Positions 63,840 to 64,000 of a DNA stretch of 64,000 bases are shown here, in pieces. Each line of letters starts with the position of its first letter. Position 1 is the stretch's first letter. Origin of the DNA: a virus; the IMG/VR virus record IMGVR_UViG_3300023174_000078, positions 1 to 64,000 of that record; one strand, 5' to 3'. The position numbers and the translations under genes were made by a program. The notes below the pieces were generated by a model that worked only from the letters and a program-made list of their open reading frames with translations, did not search any database and was not told the origin of the DNA.

Positions 63840-64000
63840 AAAATCCGTTTCACACTTCGCGCGTATTATGGTTCAGCCCAATATAATTGACCCCGTTAAA
63901 CATAATGCGTGGCAGGCTATTAGTGAGCAAGATTGGGAAGACGTATGGCTAATTCCTGCCGAATCGATATATACCGCCGCACGTAATAACGTGAGTGAGC
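63826..64000 (+). CDS. Small hypothetical protein, partial (runs off window end)
   Basis: MLKLEKSVSHFARIMVQPNIIDPVKHNAWQAISEQDWEDVW..., open to the end. Confidence 0.55.
   Translation, partial: MLKLEKSVSHFARIMVQPNIIDPVKHNAWQAISEQDWEDVWLIPAESIYTAARNNVSE

Noticed and set aside
1-64000. CRISPR array or short-period guide-repeat array to accompany the RAMP-like gene
   Set aside because: I read the intergenic gaps by eye and saw no repeat-spacer array or regular short-period repeat; one could lie outside the window or be too degenerate to see
1-64000. Stop-codon reassignment (alternative genetic code)
   Set aside because: Conserved genes are full-length in the standard code, and TAA, TAG and TGA all terminate genes

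Overview
This window is 64 kb of a large (jumbo-type) tailed dsDNA phage genome, almost all on the + strand, in the standard genetic code, with few Shine-Dalgarno sites. It opens with the 5' part of a terminase large subunit on the minus strand (720 to <1, absent from the ORF track). It also carries thymidylate synthase with an in-frame homing-endonuclease-like insertion, a protein kinase and an SbcD/SbcC pair translationally coupled to a solo RAMP (Cas7/Csm3-like) gene. A replication/recombination block follows: SF2 helicase, DnaB-like helicase, putative HTH initiator, primase, UDG-like-fused PolA, putative SSB, RecA and RecQ. Further on are two separate pieces of an RNA polymerase beta subunit, a putative portal and probable virion proteins sharing a K-x-A motif, three tRNAs, one oversized tRNA-like RNA, and a GT8/sulfotransferase/methyltransferase/APS-kinase cassette. 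There are three inteins, and the PolA intein hides its HNH endonuclease in a second reading frame. An 18-bp promoter-like motif occurs seven times, each copy followed by a hairpin, and there are several structured non-coding regions. No CRISPR array was found. All calls come from motifs read by eye; no searches were run.
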